DNA from: an uncultured delta proteobacterium
GTDB taxonomy: Bacteria; Desulfobacterota; Syntrophia; Syntrophales; UBA2185
Assembly (NCBI GenBank): GCA_963729715.1
Contig: CAVSPA010000007.1
Location: 160,001 to 224,000, forward strand
Reading direction: 5' to 3'
Length of the DNA stretch: 64,000 nucleotides
In this document: piece after piece, positions 11,581 to 21,110 of the stretch
Layout of the letters: every line of letters starts with the position of its first letter
Numbering within the stretch: the stretch's first letter is position 1
The notes under the pieces: generated by a model
Databases searched by the model: none
What the model saw: only the letters and a program-made list of their open reading frames with translations
Told to the model about the DNA's origin: nothing
Program-made: the position numbers and the translations under genes

Positions 11581-11922
11581 ATGGCCTATGATTCATTAGT
11601 CGTTCTATGGACAAGCGGAGATAAGGAAGTAGCTACAAAGATGGTGTTCATGTATACATTAAATGCCAAAAAGAAAAATTGGTGGAATGGTGTCACCTTG
11701 ATCGTTTGGGGGCCCTCTGCAAAGCTGCTGAGTGAAGATCCTGAGTTGCAAAAGAAGATAGCAGACATGAAGAACGAAGGAATTAAATTGGAAGCCTGTA
11801 AGGCTTGTGCAGATCAATATGGCGTTTCAGGCGTTCTTGAAAACCTCGGGATTGAAGTAAAATATATGGGGGGTCCTTTAACAGATTACATCAAAGGAGA
11901 GCATCATATATTGACCTTTTAA
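11581..11922 (+). CDS. DsrE family protein
   Basis: LIVWGPS and ACKACAD motifs. Confidence 0.85.
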   Translation: MAYDSLVVLWTSGDKEVATKMVFMYTLNAKKKNWWNGVTLIVWGPSAKLLSEDPELQKKIADMKNEGIKLEACKACADQYGVSGVLENLGIEVKYMGGPLTDYIKGEHHILTF

Positions 11923-12159
11923 GCGGGGGAGGAAGGCCATATTGGAGCATGACCTGCCTCTTAATCATGATCCAATTCGACACTGTGAATTAATGCGAAT
12001 AAAAGGAGAGTTGCAATTAAAAAGATTCTTTTCAACTTGGCCGCTGTCACCTTGTTATCTTCCTGTGGGAGAGGATATCCCTACGACTCAATGGGTGGTC
12101 CGGGTGGCGGCTGGGTAGGAATGAAACATGCCTGCCATTTGAATCACCTTCTTTTCTTA

Positions 12160-12188
12160 TTGACGCACCACTTCTCTGCACGCATATT
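12160..12188 (+). promoter_or_regulatory. Putative sigma-70 promoter for 12291..13460
   Basis: TTGACG-N17-CATATT. Confidence 0.4.
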
Positions 12189-12290
12189 ATAGTAGGTGTG
12201 TCATACGGAAGAAATTAATGACAAAAGGGGATTTGTGACACAGCCTCCGAGTTTGGGATAACATTTCGCAGAAAGCACGTTCAGGAAAAT

Positions 12291-13460
12291 ATGGAAAAGG
12301 AAACCTCAAAACCTACAGCCCGGAAGATCATGATGGAATTTGCCCGTCTCACCGGACTGTCATCGTCGAAGGAAAAGCCGCGCCGCTACTTATGGACAGA
12401 TGCGTTTGCCGTCTGCAATTTCCTCACCCTGTACAAGCAGACGAGTGATGAGCGCTACAAGGAGCTTGCCCTCCGCCTCGTCGATCAGGTTCACAACATC
12501 CTCGGACGGCGCCGTGAAGAAGACACATGGATAGGCTGGATCAGCGGTCTTTCCGAGGAAGAGGGAAAACTGCACCCCACGAGCGGCGGGTTGAGAATCG
12601 GCAAGGGAATGAACGAGCGCGGACGCGACGAATCTTACGACGAACAGTTGGAGTGGGACCGCGACGGACAATACTACCATTACCTGACGAAGTGGATGCA
12701 TGCCCTCGCTCGCGTAAGCCGGGTTACGGGAGATTCCATTTACGCGAGATGGGCAATTGAGCTTGCGAAAGCGGTGCATTCCAAGTTTACCTATATTCCG
12801 CTGGCGGGTGGACAGAAACGCATGTACTGGAAGATGAGCATCGACCTGTCCTATCCTCTCGTGTCTTCGATGGGGCATCACGATCCACTCGACGGTCTCG
12901 TCACCTACCTGGAGATCCAGGCGGCGGTGGAAGGTTCCAAGAAATCGAAGGAGCTCGACCTCAGCAAGGAGATCAAAGACATGGCCGATACATGCGAGGG
13001 GAAGAGCTGGGCAACAGATGATCCCCTCGGCATGGGCGAACTCTTGAGCACGGCGTACAAACTGGCCCAGTTGATGACTGACACGGATTCTGAGCAGGAA
13101 GAACTTCTGAATGACCTCCTCGATTCTTCCATCACGGGCTTGCGATTGTTTGAAAGAAGGAATCAATTGAAACTCCCCTCAGAGTGCCGCCTCGCATTCC
13201 GGGAGCTCGGTTTGTCCATCGGCCTGCACGCGATCGAGAGACTGCCGGAGCTGATCAAGCAGTCTCCGCGCTTCAGTGCGAACCCCCGTCTGCAATCACA
13301 GATGAAAGACCTGATGCGCTACGTACCTCTCAGCAACGTGATCGAGGCATATTGGCTTGACGACGCGAACAGACAGGCTGCAGGGTGGACGGGGCATCTT
13401 GATATAAACATGGTGATGCTGGCAACGAGTCTCGCTCCCGAAGGGTATATCTCGTTCTAA
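12291..13460 (+). CDS. Conserved hypothetical protein, possibly an alpha/alpha-barrel enzyme
   Basis: Long ORF with enzyme-like motifs RYLWTDAF, DGQYYHYLTKW, HDPLDG, RLAFRELG. Confidence 0.75.
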   Translation: MEKETSKPTARKIMMEFARLTGLSSSKEKPRRYLWTDAFAVCNFLTLYKQTSDERYKELALRLVDQVHNILGRRREEDTWIGWISGLSEEEGKLHPTSGGLRIGKGMNERGRDESYDEQLEWDRDGQYYHYLTKWMHALARVSRVTGDSIYARWAIELAKAVHSKFTYIPLAGGQKRMYWKMSIDLSYPLVSSMGHHDPLDGLVTYLEIQAAVEGSKKSKELDLSKEIKDMADTCEGKSWATDDPLGMGELLSTAYKLAQLMTDTDSEQEELLNDLLDSSITGLRLFERRNQLKLPSECRLAFRELGLSIGLHAIERLPELIKQSPRFSANPRLQSQMKDLMRYVPLSNVIEAYWLDDANRQAAGWTGHLDINMVMLATSLAPEGYISF

Positions 13461-13631
13461 TTTGTTCTTCCACTTTTGTTATCTCAGCTTTGACCCCTAA
13501 TCCTTACAATACACAGATATAGTTAAGGGCCAGCATCGATTATCCGACTGGATCTTTGTGATGGTTTCAGCACCCCATCTTTGTCAGCAGCAATAGCAAT
13601 GACAAATACGCATTACGACAGAGTTTCCGGC

Positions 13632-13667
13632 GGGGTATATGACCCCCAGTGGGGGTAATATTACCCG
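13632..13667. promoter_or_regulatory. Tandem enhancer (UAS) boxes for a sigma-54 activator
   Basis: GGGGtatatgaCCCC (13632-13646) and GGGTaatattaCCCG (13653-13667), starts 21 bp apart. Confidence 0.75.
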
Positions 13668-13730
13668 TAAACAGTGACAAGAACGTTTCTTAAATTTCAT
13701 ATCTCGTTAAGATCATTTAACAAAAACATA

Positions 13731-13746
13731 TGGCATCAGTATTGCT
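13731..13746 (+). promoter_or_regulatory. Sigma-54 (-24/-12) promoter of the hydrogenase operon
   Basis: TGGCATcagtaTTGCT, exact GG-N10-GC spacing. Confidence 0.85.
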
Positions 13747-13903
13747 AATTGTTAAGTTTACATTCTGATCGGCGGATCGCATCCTCCATACCGTGTCATC
13801 CTAATCGCAAGGATGTCATTTCACTTCACTCGAAATGACAGAATGGCAGATAACTCGGGGAAGCGATCTCTAGGTGCGGAAAAAAATATGAGGAGGGATC
13901 ACC

Positions 13904-15703
13904 ATGTGGAAGACCACTATCCAGGGAGAGGCGTCTGTGGAGCCTGCCATCAAGCAGTGTCTCGCACCGTGCCAGGAGCGATGTCCCATCAACGAGGATA
14001 TCCAACGCACAAACGTCCTCATCTCCTTGCTGCCGGAGGATATCGAGCAGGCCAAAGAGGGCCTGATACAGATCGGGGATTATCTTTTTGAAAATAACCC
14101 TCTCTTCCCCGTGTGCGGCTATGTCTGCGGTATATGCGAACTGGGTTGTAATTACCAGAGCAAGGGGGGGTCCATCAGAAGAAGGCTCTTGAAGCGGTTT
14201 GTATCTGATTATTTTTTAAATCACCTCGATGAGAAAAAAGAATACGACGTCGTTAAGGACAAGGGAAACGTGGCCGTCATCGGCGGGGGCCCGGGCGGGC
14301 TGATGTGCGCCTTTCACCTCGGCAGAAAAGGCTACAGAGTGACTATCTTCGAGGCCTCGGGCAGACTCGGAGGAGCGCTCTGGCTGATCCCTCATTATCG
14401 CCTCCCCAAGATAGTACTGCAGAGGGTCATAGAAAACATGCTGCGGGTGGCCGGTGTGGAAGTAAAATACAATTCGAGGATCGGCGAGGGGAATCTCACC
14501 CTCGATAAACTAAGGAAGGACGGCTACAAGGCGGTGTTCATCGCTAAAGGGACGCCCACACCGAGGGTACTCACCTTTGGTCGGGAGATGGTGGAGAACC
14601 AGGATTTGGATGGCGTCATGTATGGGCAAACTTTTCTCTATGAGGTGAGTCGAGGCATCCTCGTGAAAGATTACCTGGGCGAAAAGAAGGTTATCGTCAT
14701 TGGCGGCGGCAACGTGGCCTTTGATGCGGCACGATCAGCCAAGAGGTTGGGTGGAGATGTTACACTGGTGGCCCTCGAAAATGAGGACAAGTCCTCAAAG
14801 GACGGTATTCCCGCAGACCACGAGGAAATCCGGGGCGCCTGGGAAGAAGGCATAAGGATCACCTACTCTCGCGGTGTAAGTAAAATATTGGGCGAAGAAG
14901 GAAGATTCACTGGTATTGTCTCTCCTAAATGCACGGGCGTCTTCGATAAGGAGGGCAGGTTCAATCCGGAATTCGACACCGGCGACACCGTCACCATGAA
15001 CGGCGATGCCCTTATCATCACCGTCGGCCAAGGGCCGGATCGGGCGTTTCTTCAAGGAGAGGGCCTATTGGATGAAAATGGGCGGCTGGCTGTGGATCCA
15101 CTCACCCTCCAGAGCAGCAACAAAGAATGGGTTTTCGTCGGCGGCGACGTGCGAAGGGTAGGCTTTATGGTGGATGCTATGAGGGAAGGCCAGGAGGCCG
15201 CCGAGTCCATTGAGCGTTACCTCAAGGGAATCGATATCAGGGCTGGCAGGAAAAAAGAATTTGAGGCATTCGATATACCGGCCCTAAAGGATGAAGACTA
15301 CAGGTCTGAGCCCGAAGTAGTATGGATACCGGCAGAGAAGCGCGTACACTTCCAGATGTTTGAGAAAGGCTTCACCCTCAAAGAAGCCATCGAGGAAGCG
15401 AGGCGCTGTCTCTGCTGCGGCCCCTGCGTGTCGTGCAAGGCATGTATATCCATCGGTATGCAGGACGAACTGCCGTCTGTTGTTGTTCATGAGCACCTCT
15501 GCAGCGGATGCGGGATATGTGTATCGTCCTGCCATTACGGCGCGGCCTATCTCAAGGAGCAGGTCGGCCACCTTGTATCCGCAACCGACATATTCAGATG
15601 CAAGGCCTGCGGTATGTGCGTATCAGCCTGCCCGGCCGGCGCCAGAGAACTGATCGGCTCCGACATGGAAGAACGTATCGCCGAGGTCTATGCCTCGCTT
15701 TAA
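13904..15703 (+). CDS. FAD/NAD(P)H oxidoreductase (GltD/NfnB-like) with HdrA-like C-terminal 4Fe-4S domains
   Basis: N-terminal CQERCP and CGYVCGICELGC Fe-S motifs, GGGPGG, GGGNVA, then CLCCGPCVSCKAC, CSGCGICVSSC, CKACGMCVSACP. Confidence 0.88.
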   Translation: MWKTTIQGEASVEPAIKQCLAPCQERCPINEDIQRTNVLISLLPEDIEQAKEGLIQIGDYLFENNPLFPVCGYVCGICELGCNYQSKGGSIRRRLLKRFVSDYFLNHLDEKKEYDVVKDKGNVAVIGGGPGGLMCAFHLGRKGYRVTIFEASGRLGGALWLIPHYRLPKIVLQRVIENMLRVAGVEVKYNSRIGEGNLTLDKLRKDGYKAVFIAKGTPTPRVLTFGREMVENQDLDGVMYGQTFLYEVSRGILVKDYLGEKKVIVIGGGNVAFDAARSAKRLGGDVTLVALENEDKSSKDGIPADHEEIRGAWEEGIRITYSRGVSKILGEEGRFTGIVSPKCTGVFDKEGRFNPEFDTGDTVTMNGDALIITVGQGPDRAFLQGEGLLDENGRLAVDPLTLQSSNKEWVFVGGDVRRVGFMVDAMREGQEAAESIERYLKGIDIRAGRKKEFEAFDIPALKDEDYRSEPEVVWIPAEKRVHFQMFEKGFTLKEAIEEARRCLCCGPCVSCKACISIGMQDELPSVVVHEHLCSGCGICVSSCHYGAAYLKEQVGHLVSATDIFRCKACGMCVSACPAGARELIGSDMEERIAEVYASL

Positions 15704-15744
15704 GGATAAATATCCTGGAAATCAGAATAGCGGGAGTAGCAAAA

Positions 15745-16371
15745 ATGGGAACATCCAAATTGACAATCACGCATCCTGAGATTTCACACACTTCTCTGAA
15801 TGCATACTTATCGCGTAGAGCCCCCGAAAGGGTGAAATTACGGATAGCTATCCTGCAGGGTGTCATGGACAGAGTGCCCATAAATCACCTGAGTCGGCGG
15901 CGCAAGATGTCCCGGCAGGGTATCTATAATCTTGTTGACCGCATAAACAGAGAAGGTTTGCGGGGTATCGAGGATCAACATCTCGGTCGCCCCGGCAAAC
16001 TGACGGCAGACATCGCTGAAGATCTGAAAGAGACATTAATCCATTCACCGCTGGATCAGGGGTACGCGCAGCTACGCTGGGACAACTCGCTCGTAAGAAG
16101 GTATCTGAGAGAGAGGCACGGGATCGACATAGGCCGCGCTCAACTCATTAACTGGCTGCACGCGATCGGCACCCCTGTGAAACTGGCCCGGAAGAAGTAT
16201 GAGAAGGCAGCTTCCGAAAGAAGAAGATCATTCGTTGATTATCTGAATCAGCTGGCAGATAGGATCACCCTCTTGGGGGATGAAGCAGGCGCTCAATTAG
16301 ACGTAGAGCTTATTGCCCAGTGGGCGCCGGAAGGATGCCCACCACATTTGTTCACGGGCAGCATACGGTGA
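15745..16371 (+). mobile_element. IS630-family transposase-derived winged-HTH ORF, truncated after the first catalytic Asp
   Basis: SRQGIYNLVDRINREGLRG, GRPGKL, WDNSLVRRYL, WLHAIG, LLGDEAG then stop. 9-bp inverted repeat ATCAGAATA (15721-15729)/TATTCTGAT (16398-16406). Confidence 0.72.
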
Positions 16372-16444
16372 CATGATAATCTCAAGGGAAATGCGAGTAT
16401 TCTGATGAATGGGTATTATGAAAATAGTGCACGAGGAGGACGAT

Positions 16445-16840
16445 ATGAAGGAGTTTACCCCCAAGCTTGTATGCTTCTCCTGTAAGTTCGGGTGGGGCTA
16501 TTTGAATGGCAATGGCTATGCGAAGAAGCTGAAGAACGTTATCCCCGTGGCTTGCAGCGGCAAGGTGGATGCCACACATATCATCGATGCTTTCAAGGAA
16601 GGGGCGGACGGCGTGTTAATACTGGGCTGCGCCGACAAGGAATGTCATTTTCAGACCGGCAACTACCAGGCGAGAAAGAGGGTCCTTCTATTGAAGAAAA
16701 CGCTTAAAGAATTCGGCATCGCGCCCGGCCGACTCAAGATAGCCCTCAGTCTCGACCCGGAAGGCACGAAGATCCCCGTCTTCATCGAGGAGATGAAAAA
16801 AGAGGTTGAGAGTTTGGGACCTCTTTCCATCAGGGCGTGA
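16445..16840 (+). CDS. mvhD: Hydrogenase iron-sulfur subunit MvhD ([2Fe-2S])
   Basis: PKLVCFSC, VACSGKVD, GADGVLILGC...CHF..GNY. GAGGAGG RBS. Confidence 0.88.
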   Translation: MKEFTPKLVCFSCKFGWGYLNGNGYAKKLKNVIPVACSGKVDATHIIDAFKEGADGVLILGCADKECHFQTGNYQARKRVLLLKKTLKEFGIAPGRLKIALSLDPEGTKIPVFIEEMKKEVESLGPLSIRA

Positions 16841-16925
16841 ATCGGCGACTGATGATGAAACATTCGAAAATATTCTTTTTGTGTCATTCCGAAGCGCGAA
16901 GCAACGAGGAAGATTGGAGGATAAT

Positions 16926-17903
16926 ATGGCAGAGAAACCCAAGGTGGCAATTTACTGGCTCGCATCCTGCGCAGGCTGCGATGAGGCCATAGTGGATCTG
17001 AACGAAGTTATTCTGACGGTCGCCGATGCCGTGGATATTGTGCTATGGCCTGTTGCCCTAGACTTCAAGTATGAAAGCATCCGCAAGATGAAAAAGGGAG
17101 AGATAGCCCTTTCCATCCTTCACGGGTCTGTGCGTAATTCCGAGCAGGAAGAGATGGCCAAGCTCCTCCGGGAAAAATCGCAGCTCGTGCTGGCTTTCGG
17201 CGCTTGTGCCTGCTTCGGGGGCACGGCGGGACTGGCGAACTTCATTTCAAAAAAGGATATCTTCGACTGGGTCTACCAAGACGCGCCGACAGTAGTGAAC
17301 CCGAACAATAACAGGCCTCAGACGGAAACGAAAGTCAACGGAAACAAGCTGACTCTTCCAGATTTTTTCGACCGGGTTTATCCCCTCCACGATATCATCC
17401 ATGTAGACTATTACCTGCCCGGATGCCCCCCGCCACCGGAACTTATAGCAAACGCGGTCTTCGCCGTCCTCGAAGACAAGCTTCCTCCGCGAGGCGCGAC
17501 ACTCGCACCTACCAAGCCTCTGTGCGACACATGTCCACGGAACAAATCCAAGCCGCTCAAGATGGAGATATCGGAGTTCAAGAGGATACACGAGATTGAA
17601 GCGAAGGATGACCAGTGTTTTCTCGCACAGGGCGTCCTCTGTATAGGGCCTGCGATCCGTTCAGGGTGCGGAGAAACATGCATCAGAACCAATGTTCCCT
17701 GCAGGGGTTGCTTCGGTCCTGTCGACGGTGTGGATGATGCAGGCGCGAGATTCATCTCCGGATTGGCATCGCTCATCGGCGCAGAAAGCGAGGCGGAAGC
17801 TGAAAAAAGCATCGCAGGGATTGCCGACCTGGCAGGTTACTGTTACCGCTTCAGTCTCCCGAGGGCGTCGCTCAACAGAAAGAGCAAGAATAAGGAGAAA
17901 TAA
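16926..17903 (+). CDS. mvhG: [NiFe]-hydrogenase small subunit MvhG
   Basis: SCAGCD, FGACA, PGCPP, CDTC, PCRGCFG. No Tat leader. Confidence 0.92.
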   Translation: MAEKPKVAIYWLASCAGCDEAIVDLNEVILTVADAVDIVLWPVALDFKYESIRKMKKGEIALSILHGSVRNSEQEEMAKLLREKSQLVLAFGACACFGGTAGLANFISKKDIFDWVYQDAPTVVNPNNNRPQTETKVNGNKLTLPDFFDRVYPLHDIIHVDYYLPGCPPPPELIANAVFAVLEDKLPPRGATLAPTKPLCDTCPRNKSKPLKMEISEFKRIHEIEAKDDQCFLAQGVLCIGPAIRSGCGETCIRTNVPCRGCFGPVDGVDDAGARFISGLASLIGAESEAEAEKSIAGIADLAGYCYRFSLPRASLNRKSKNKEK

Positions 17904-17905
17904 CC

Positions 17906-19366
17906 ATGGCACGAAAGATAACGATAGACCCGATAACCAGGCTTGAAGGACACGGCAAGATAGAGTTGCTTCTCGATGATCAGGGGAACGTAAAGGATGC
18001 CTACTGGCAGGTGGCCGAGTTGCGCGGGTTTGAGCGCTTCTGTCTCGGCAGACCCGCGGAAGAAATGCCGAGGATCGTGCCCAACATATGCGGAGTGTGT
18101 CCTTCGGCGCACCACATGGCCGCCACCAAGGCCCTCGACGACCTCTACAGTGTCGAGCCCACACCGGCGGCAAGACTGATCAGGGAACTCGAATTCAACG
18201 CCTTCTATATCGAGGACCACTACATCCACTTCTTCTTCCTCGCGGCGCCCGATTTCGTCGTCGGCCCGCACGCCGACCCGAAAGAGCGAAACATCCTCGG
18301 CGTTATCGGCAAGGTGGGCAAGGAAATAGGACTCAAGGTAATTGAAGTGAGAAAGAGAAACCGGGACATCATCCGGCACATCTTCACCAAGGCGCCGCAC
18401 CCAGAAGGCGGGCTGCCCGGCGGCGTACCGAGGGGATTTACCGAGCAGGACAGGAAATGGGTCAAGGACACCGCCGTCTTTTCTCTCGACTTCGCCAAGT
18501 TCGCGATCCAGCTCTTCAAGGACGTAGTTCTCAAGAATAAGTCCTACGTGGATCTCATCCTGAACGATGCCTATAAGCTCAAGACTTACTACATGGCCCT
18601 TGTGGATGAAAACGACAAGTCAGTCTTTTATGACGGGCAAGTCAAGGTCATCGATCCTGAAGGCAAAGAATACGTGAGATTCCACCCCCGCGACTACGAT
18701 CAGTATATCGGTGAATGGGTGGAGCCGTGGACATACATCAGGCTCAACCACTTAAGACAGCTTGGCTGGCATGGGCTCAAGGAAGGCAACGGCACATCGC
18801 TGTACCGCGTCGCACCGCTCGCCAGGCTCAACGTAGCCGCCGCCATGCAGACCCCGCTTGCGCAGAAAGAAGCGGAGATCATGTTCGATACTCTGGGAGG
18901 CAAGCCCGCCCATCATACGCTCGCCACGCACTGGGCGCGGCTCATCTGCGCGCTTCAGGCTGCGGAAAATAATGTGCTCATCGCGGATGAACCTCTGCTT
19001 ACCAGCAAGGATATCAGAAACATGAACCTCAAGCTCAAAAACAAGGGCGTGGGCTGTGTGGAGGCGCCGCGTGGAACCCTTTTTCATCATTATGAGACGG
19101 ATGACGAAGGCATACTGACGAAGGTCAACCTCATCGTGGCTACGCAGAATAATGCCGCCCCCATCTGCCTGTCTGTAAAGAAGGCCGCCCAGGAATTCGT
19201 CCATGGGCCGGATGTGAAGGAAGGTTTCCTGAACATGGTAGAGATGGCATTTCGGGCCTATGATCCCTGTCTCTCCTGCGCGACACACTCTCTGCCCGGC
19301 ACGATGCCGCTCCAAGTTAAGATCAGGGATCACGCGGGCAGAGTGATAAGGGAAATAAGCCGCTGA
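17906..19366 (+). CDS. mvhA: [NiFe]-hydrogenase large subunit MvhA (group 3c-like)
   Basis: TRLEGH, RGFE, ICGVC, EAPRGTL, RAYDPCLSCATH plus a cleavable C-terminal tail. Confidence 0.95.
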   Translation: MARKITIDPITRLEGHGKIELLLDDQGNVKDAYWQVAELRGFERFCLGRPAEEMPRIVPNICGVCPSAHHMAATKALDDLYSVEPTPAARLIRELEFNAFYIEDHYIHFFFLAAPDFVVGPHADPKERNILGVIGKVGKEIGLKVIEVRKRNRDIIRHIFTKAPHPEGGLPGGVPRGFTEQDRKWVKDTAVFSLDFAKFAIQLFKDVVLKNKSYVDLILNDAYKLKTYYMALVDENDKSVFYDGQVKVIDPEGKEYVRFHPRDYDQYIGEWVEPWTYIRLNHLRQLGWHGLKEGNGTSLYRVAPLARLNVAAAMQTPLAQKEAEIMFDTLGGKPAHHTLATHWARLICALQAAENNVLIADEPLLTSKDIRNMNLKLKNKGVGCVEAPRGTLFHHYETDDEGILTKVNLIVATQNNAAPICLSVKKAAQEFVHGPDVKEGFLNMVEMAFRAYDPCLSCATHSLPGTMPLQVKIRDHAGRVIREISR

Positions 19367-19438
19367 TAGATGGCAGGCTTGGAAGAATGTATATGTCATC
19401 CCTTCACGAAGAAGGGACGTCGGAGGATGGAATTAACA

Positions 19439-19924
19439 ATGAAGACGCTTATCCTCGGCATGGGCAATCCCATACTGTCGGATGACGGTGTGGGGTTGGT
19501 CCTTGCGGAAAGGCTCCGGAATAAAATTCACGGGGCGGATGTCGCAGCAAGCGCCATCATCGGCCTTTCCCTCTTCGATTTAATCATGGGCTACGATACT
19601 CTCTTCATCATTGATGCAATGACCACGAAAGAAGGACAAGTGGGAGGACTCAAGAAGATCGGCGCGGATGACCGCTGCGGCACGCTGCATCTCTTTTCTT
19701 CACACGGCTTCAATATCTTTGATCTTATGGAACTCGGCCTGCAATGCGGTTTTGAGATGCCCTGTCTTGCCGCTGTCTACGGTGTCGAAATAGGTAGTGA
19801 GGTAGCCTTCGATGAGAGTCTTTCGCAGGGGCTCCATGAAAAAATTCCCGCCATAGCCGCAGAGCTTATCGATGATATGACGGCAATCCAGCGATCACTA
19901 TCCGCCGCTGCGGCGACCAGTTGA
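19439..19924 (+). CDS. Hydrogenase maturation protease
   Basis: LGMGNPILSDDGVG, IIDA, SSH. Alternative start at 19427. Confidence 0.92.
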   Translation: MKTLILGMGNPILSDDGVGLVLAERLRNKIHGADVAASAIIGLSLFDLIMGYDTLFIIDAMTTKEGQVGGLKKIGADDRCGTLHLFSSHGFNIFDLMELGLQCGFEMPCLAAVYGVEIGSEVAFDESLSQGLHEKIPAIAAELIDDMTAIQRSLSAAAATS

Positions 19925-20094
19925 TCCTGTGTATCGTAAATTTCTCCCTCGCGAGATAGCAAGATTTCTCACGCCTTCCTATGAATTGATTAGGATTAAG
20001 ACTTCGATTATTCCCTGGATCTCACGGCATGCGGTGGCGCAGTCTCCCTTGCAGCGCCTGCAGCAGGCGATTGATTGAGGAGTTCTCCATACAC

Positions 20095-20127
20095 AAAGAG
20101 CGGTGTTCGAGAAAGCACCGCTCTCTT
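20095..20127. terminator. Stem-loop, probable terminator
   Basis: AGAGCGGTG-N10-CACCGCTCT. Confidence 0.5.
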
Positions 20128-20253
20128 GGTTATTGAATTCGGTAGCGAGCGCCGCCTATTGGGAACGTTGTTATTTGTAATGTATTTTCCTGATGGAAGG
20201 TGAGAGATCTTATGATGGGGAGATGGGGACGTCCCCATCTCTTTTCCTGCGCC

Positions 20254-20769
20254 TTAGAGGACACTGATGACGGGCTCTGGTTTTGGCGTCAACGTTTCCT
20301 CGTTGGCAAAATCACAAAACGCGAGATCCGTCACCGGACTTCCGAAATGAGAAAATTCCTTCTTCAGCATATCGATAAACATCTTGACGGTTATCGAAAA
20401 GCAAAAGCAGGAGGAATAATCGTAGGATTTGGTGTGTCTGGAAACATCAATGATTATGGCCTTCAGGAGTTGCCTCGAGAGCACATCACTGTTGTGATTC
20501 ATGATGAGCCCGATCATGCTGAGGGCCATCACTTTTATATGATAGCTGATCGCTCCTCCCCTTTCCTTTCTGTAATCCGGATGATCAACAAGATATGCCC
20601 TGCCTTCCAGAAAGGTTATATTGGGGGAAACATCATGGAGAGATTTCCTTTTATAACAGCTATCAAACACAGGCAGGAGAGGTGAATAGACGGCCTTTCC
20701 ATATCCGCCGAAGCCGGAAATGTCAATCCCTGCATGATAGTGCCGATACTTGAGGTATCTTTCCTCCAT
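20254..20769 (-). CDS. Hypothetical protein (start uncertain)
   Basis: Longest ORF in the gap. No recognised motif. Confidence 0.4.
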   Translation of the reverse strand: MEERYLKYRHYHAGIDISGFGGYGKAVYSPLLPVFDSCYKRKSLHDVSPNITFLEGRAYLVDHPDYRKERGGAISYHIKVMALSMIGLIMNHNSDVLSRQLLKAIIIDVSRHTKSYDYSSCFCFSITVKMFIDMLKKEFSHFGSPVTDLAFCDFANEETLTPKPEPVISVL

Positions 20770-21046
20770 TTTATTGCGGCTGTCATTTTGCAAGTTTGCC
20801 GCTATTATCTTTTGTTGCATCATACCACCTGCAGGATATTCGACGATACGTGGCCGGCATCGTGAGTCACCAGTATAGAGACCGTTTGTTGCAGTCCAAT
20901 CCATTCTTCTCGCGTTTTGCGCACGCATTTCCTGCAACGCGCGCAAGCCGCCGGTACGCTTTTTAAAGAGAGGGAATAATTGCTGATGCTGAAATGGCCT
21001 CTTTGTGAGGACCTCAATCAGATGCTTATCAGGTAAATCTTCCCAA

Positions 21047-21080
21047 AAGAGAGCGGTGCAAGAAGAAACACCGCTCTCTT
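21047..21080 (-). terminator. Rho-independent terminator of the CoA-transferase operon
   Basis: AAGAGAGCGGTG/CACCGCTCTCTT stem with a T-run on the minus strand, about 30 bp after the stop. Confidence 0.7.
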
Positions 21081-21110
21081 ACGTTATTATATGTTTTGCC
21101 TTCTCTACAA

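Noticed and set aside
11990..12140. Lipoprotein-like fragment (…AVTLLSSCGRGYPYDSMGGPGGGW…)
   Set aside because: No clean start and too short to call. At most a remnant.
17906..19366. Possible [NiFeSe] hydrogenase
   Set aside because: The C-terminal motif DPCLSC uses Cys codons and there is no in-frame TGA.
20200..20685. Plus-strand 161-aa ORF
   Set aside because: Overlaps the longer minus-strand ORF, starts across a palindrome and has no recognisable motif.
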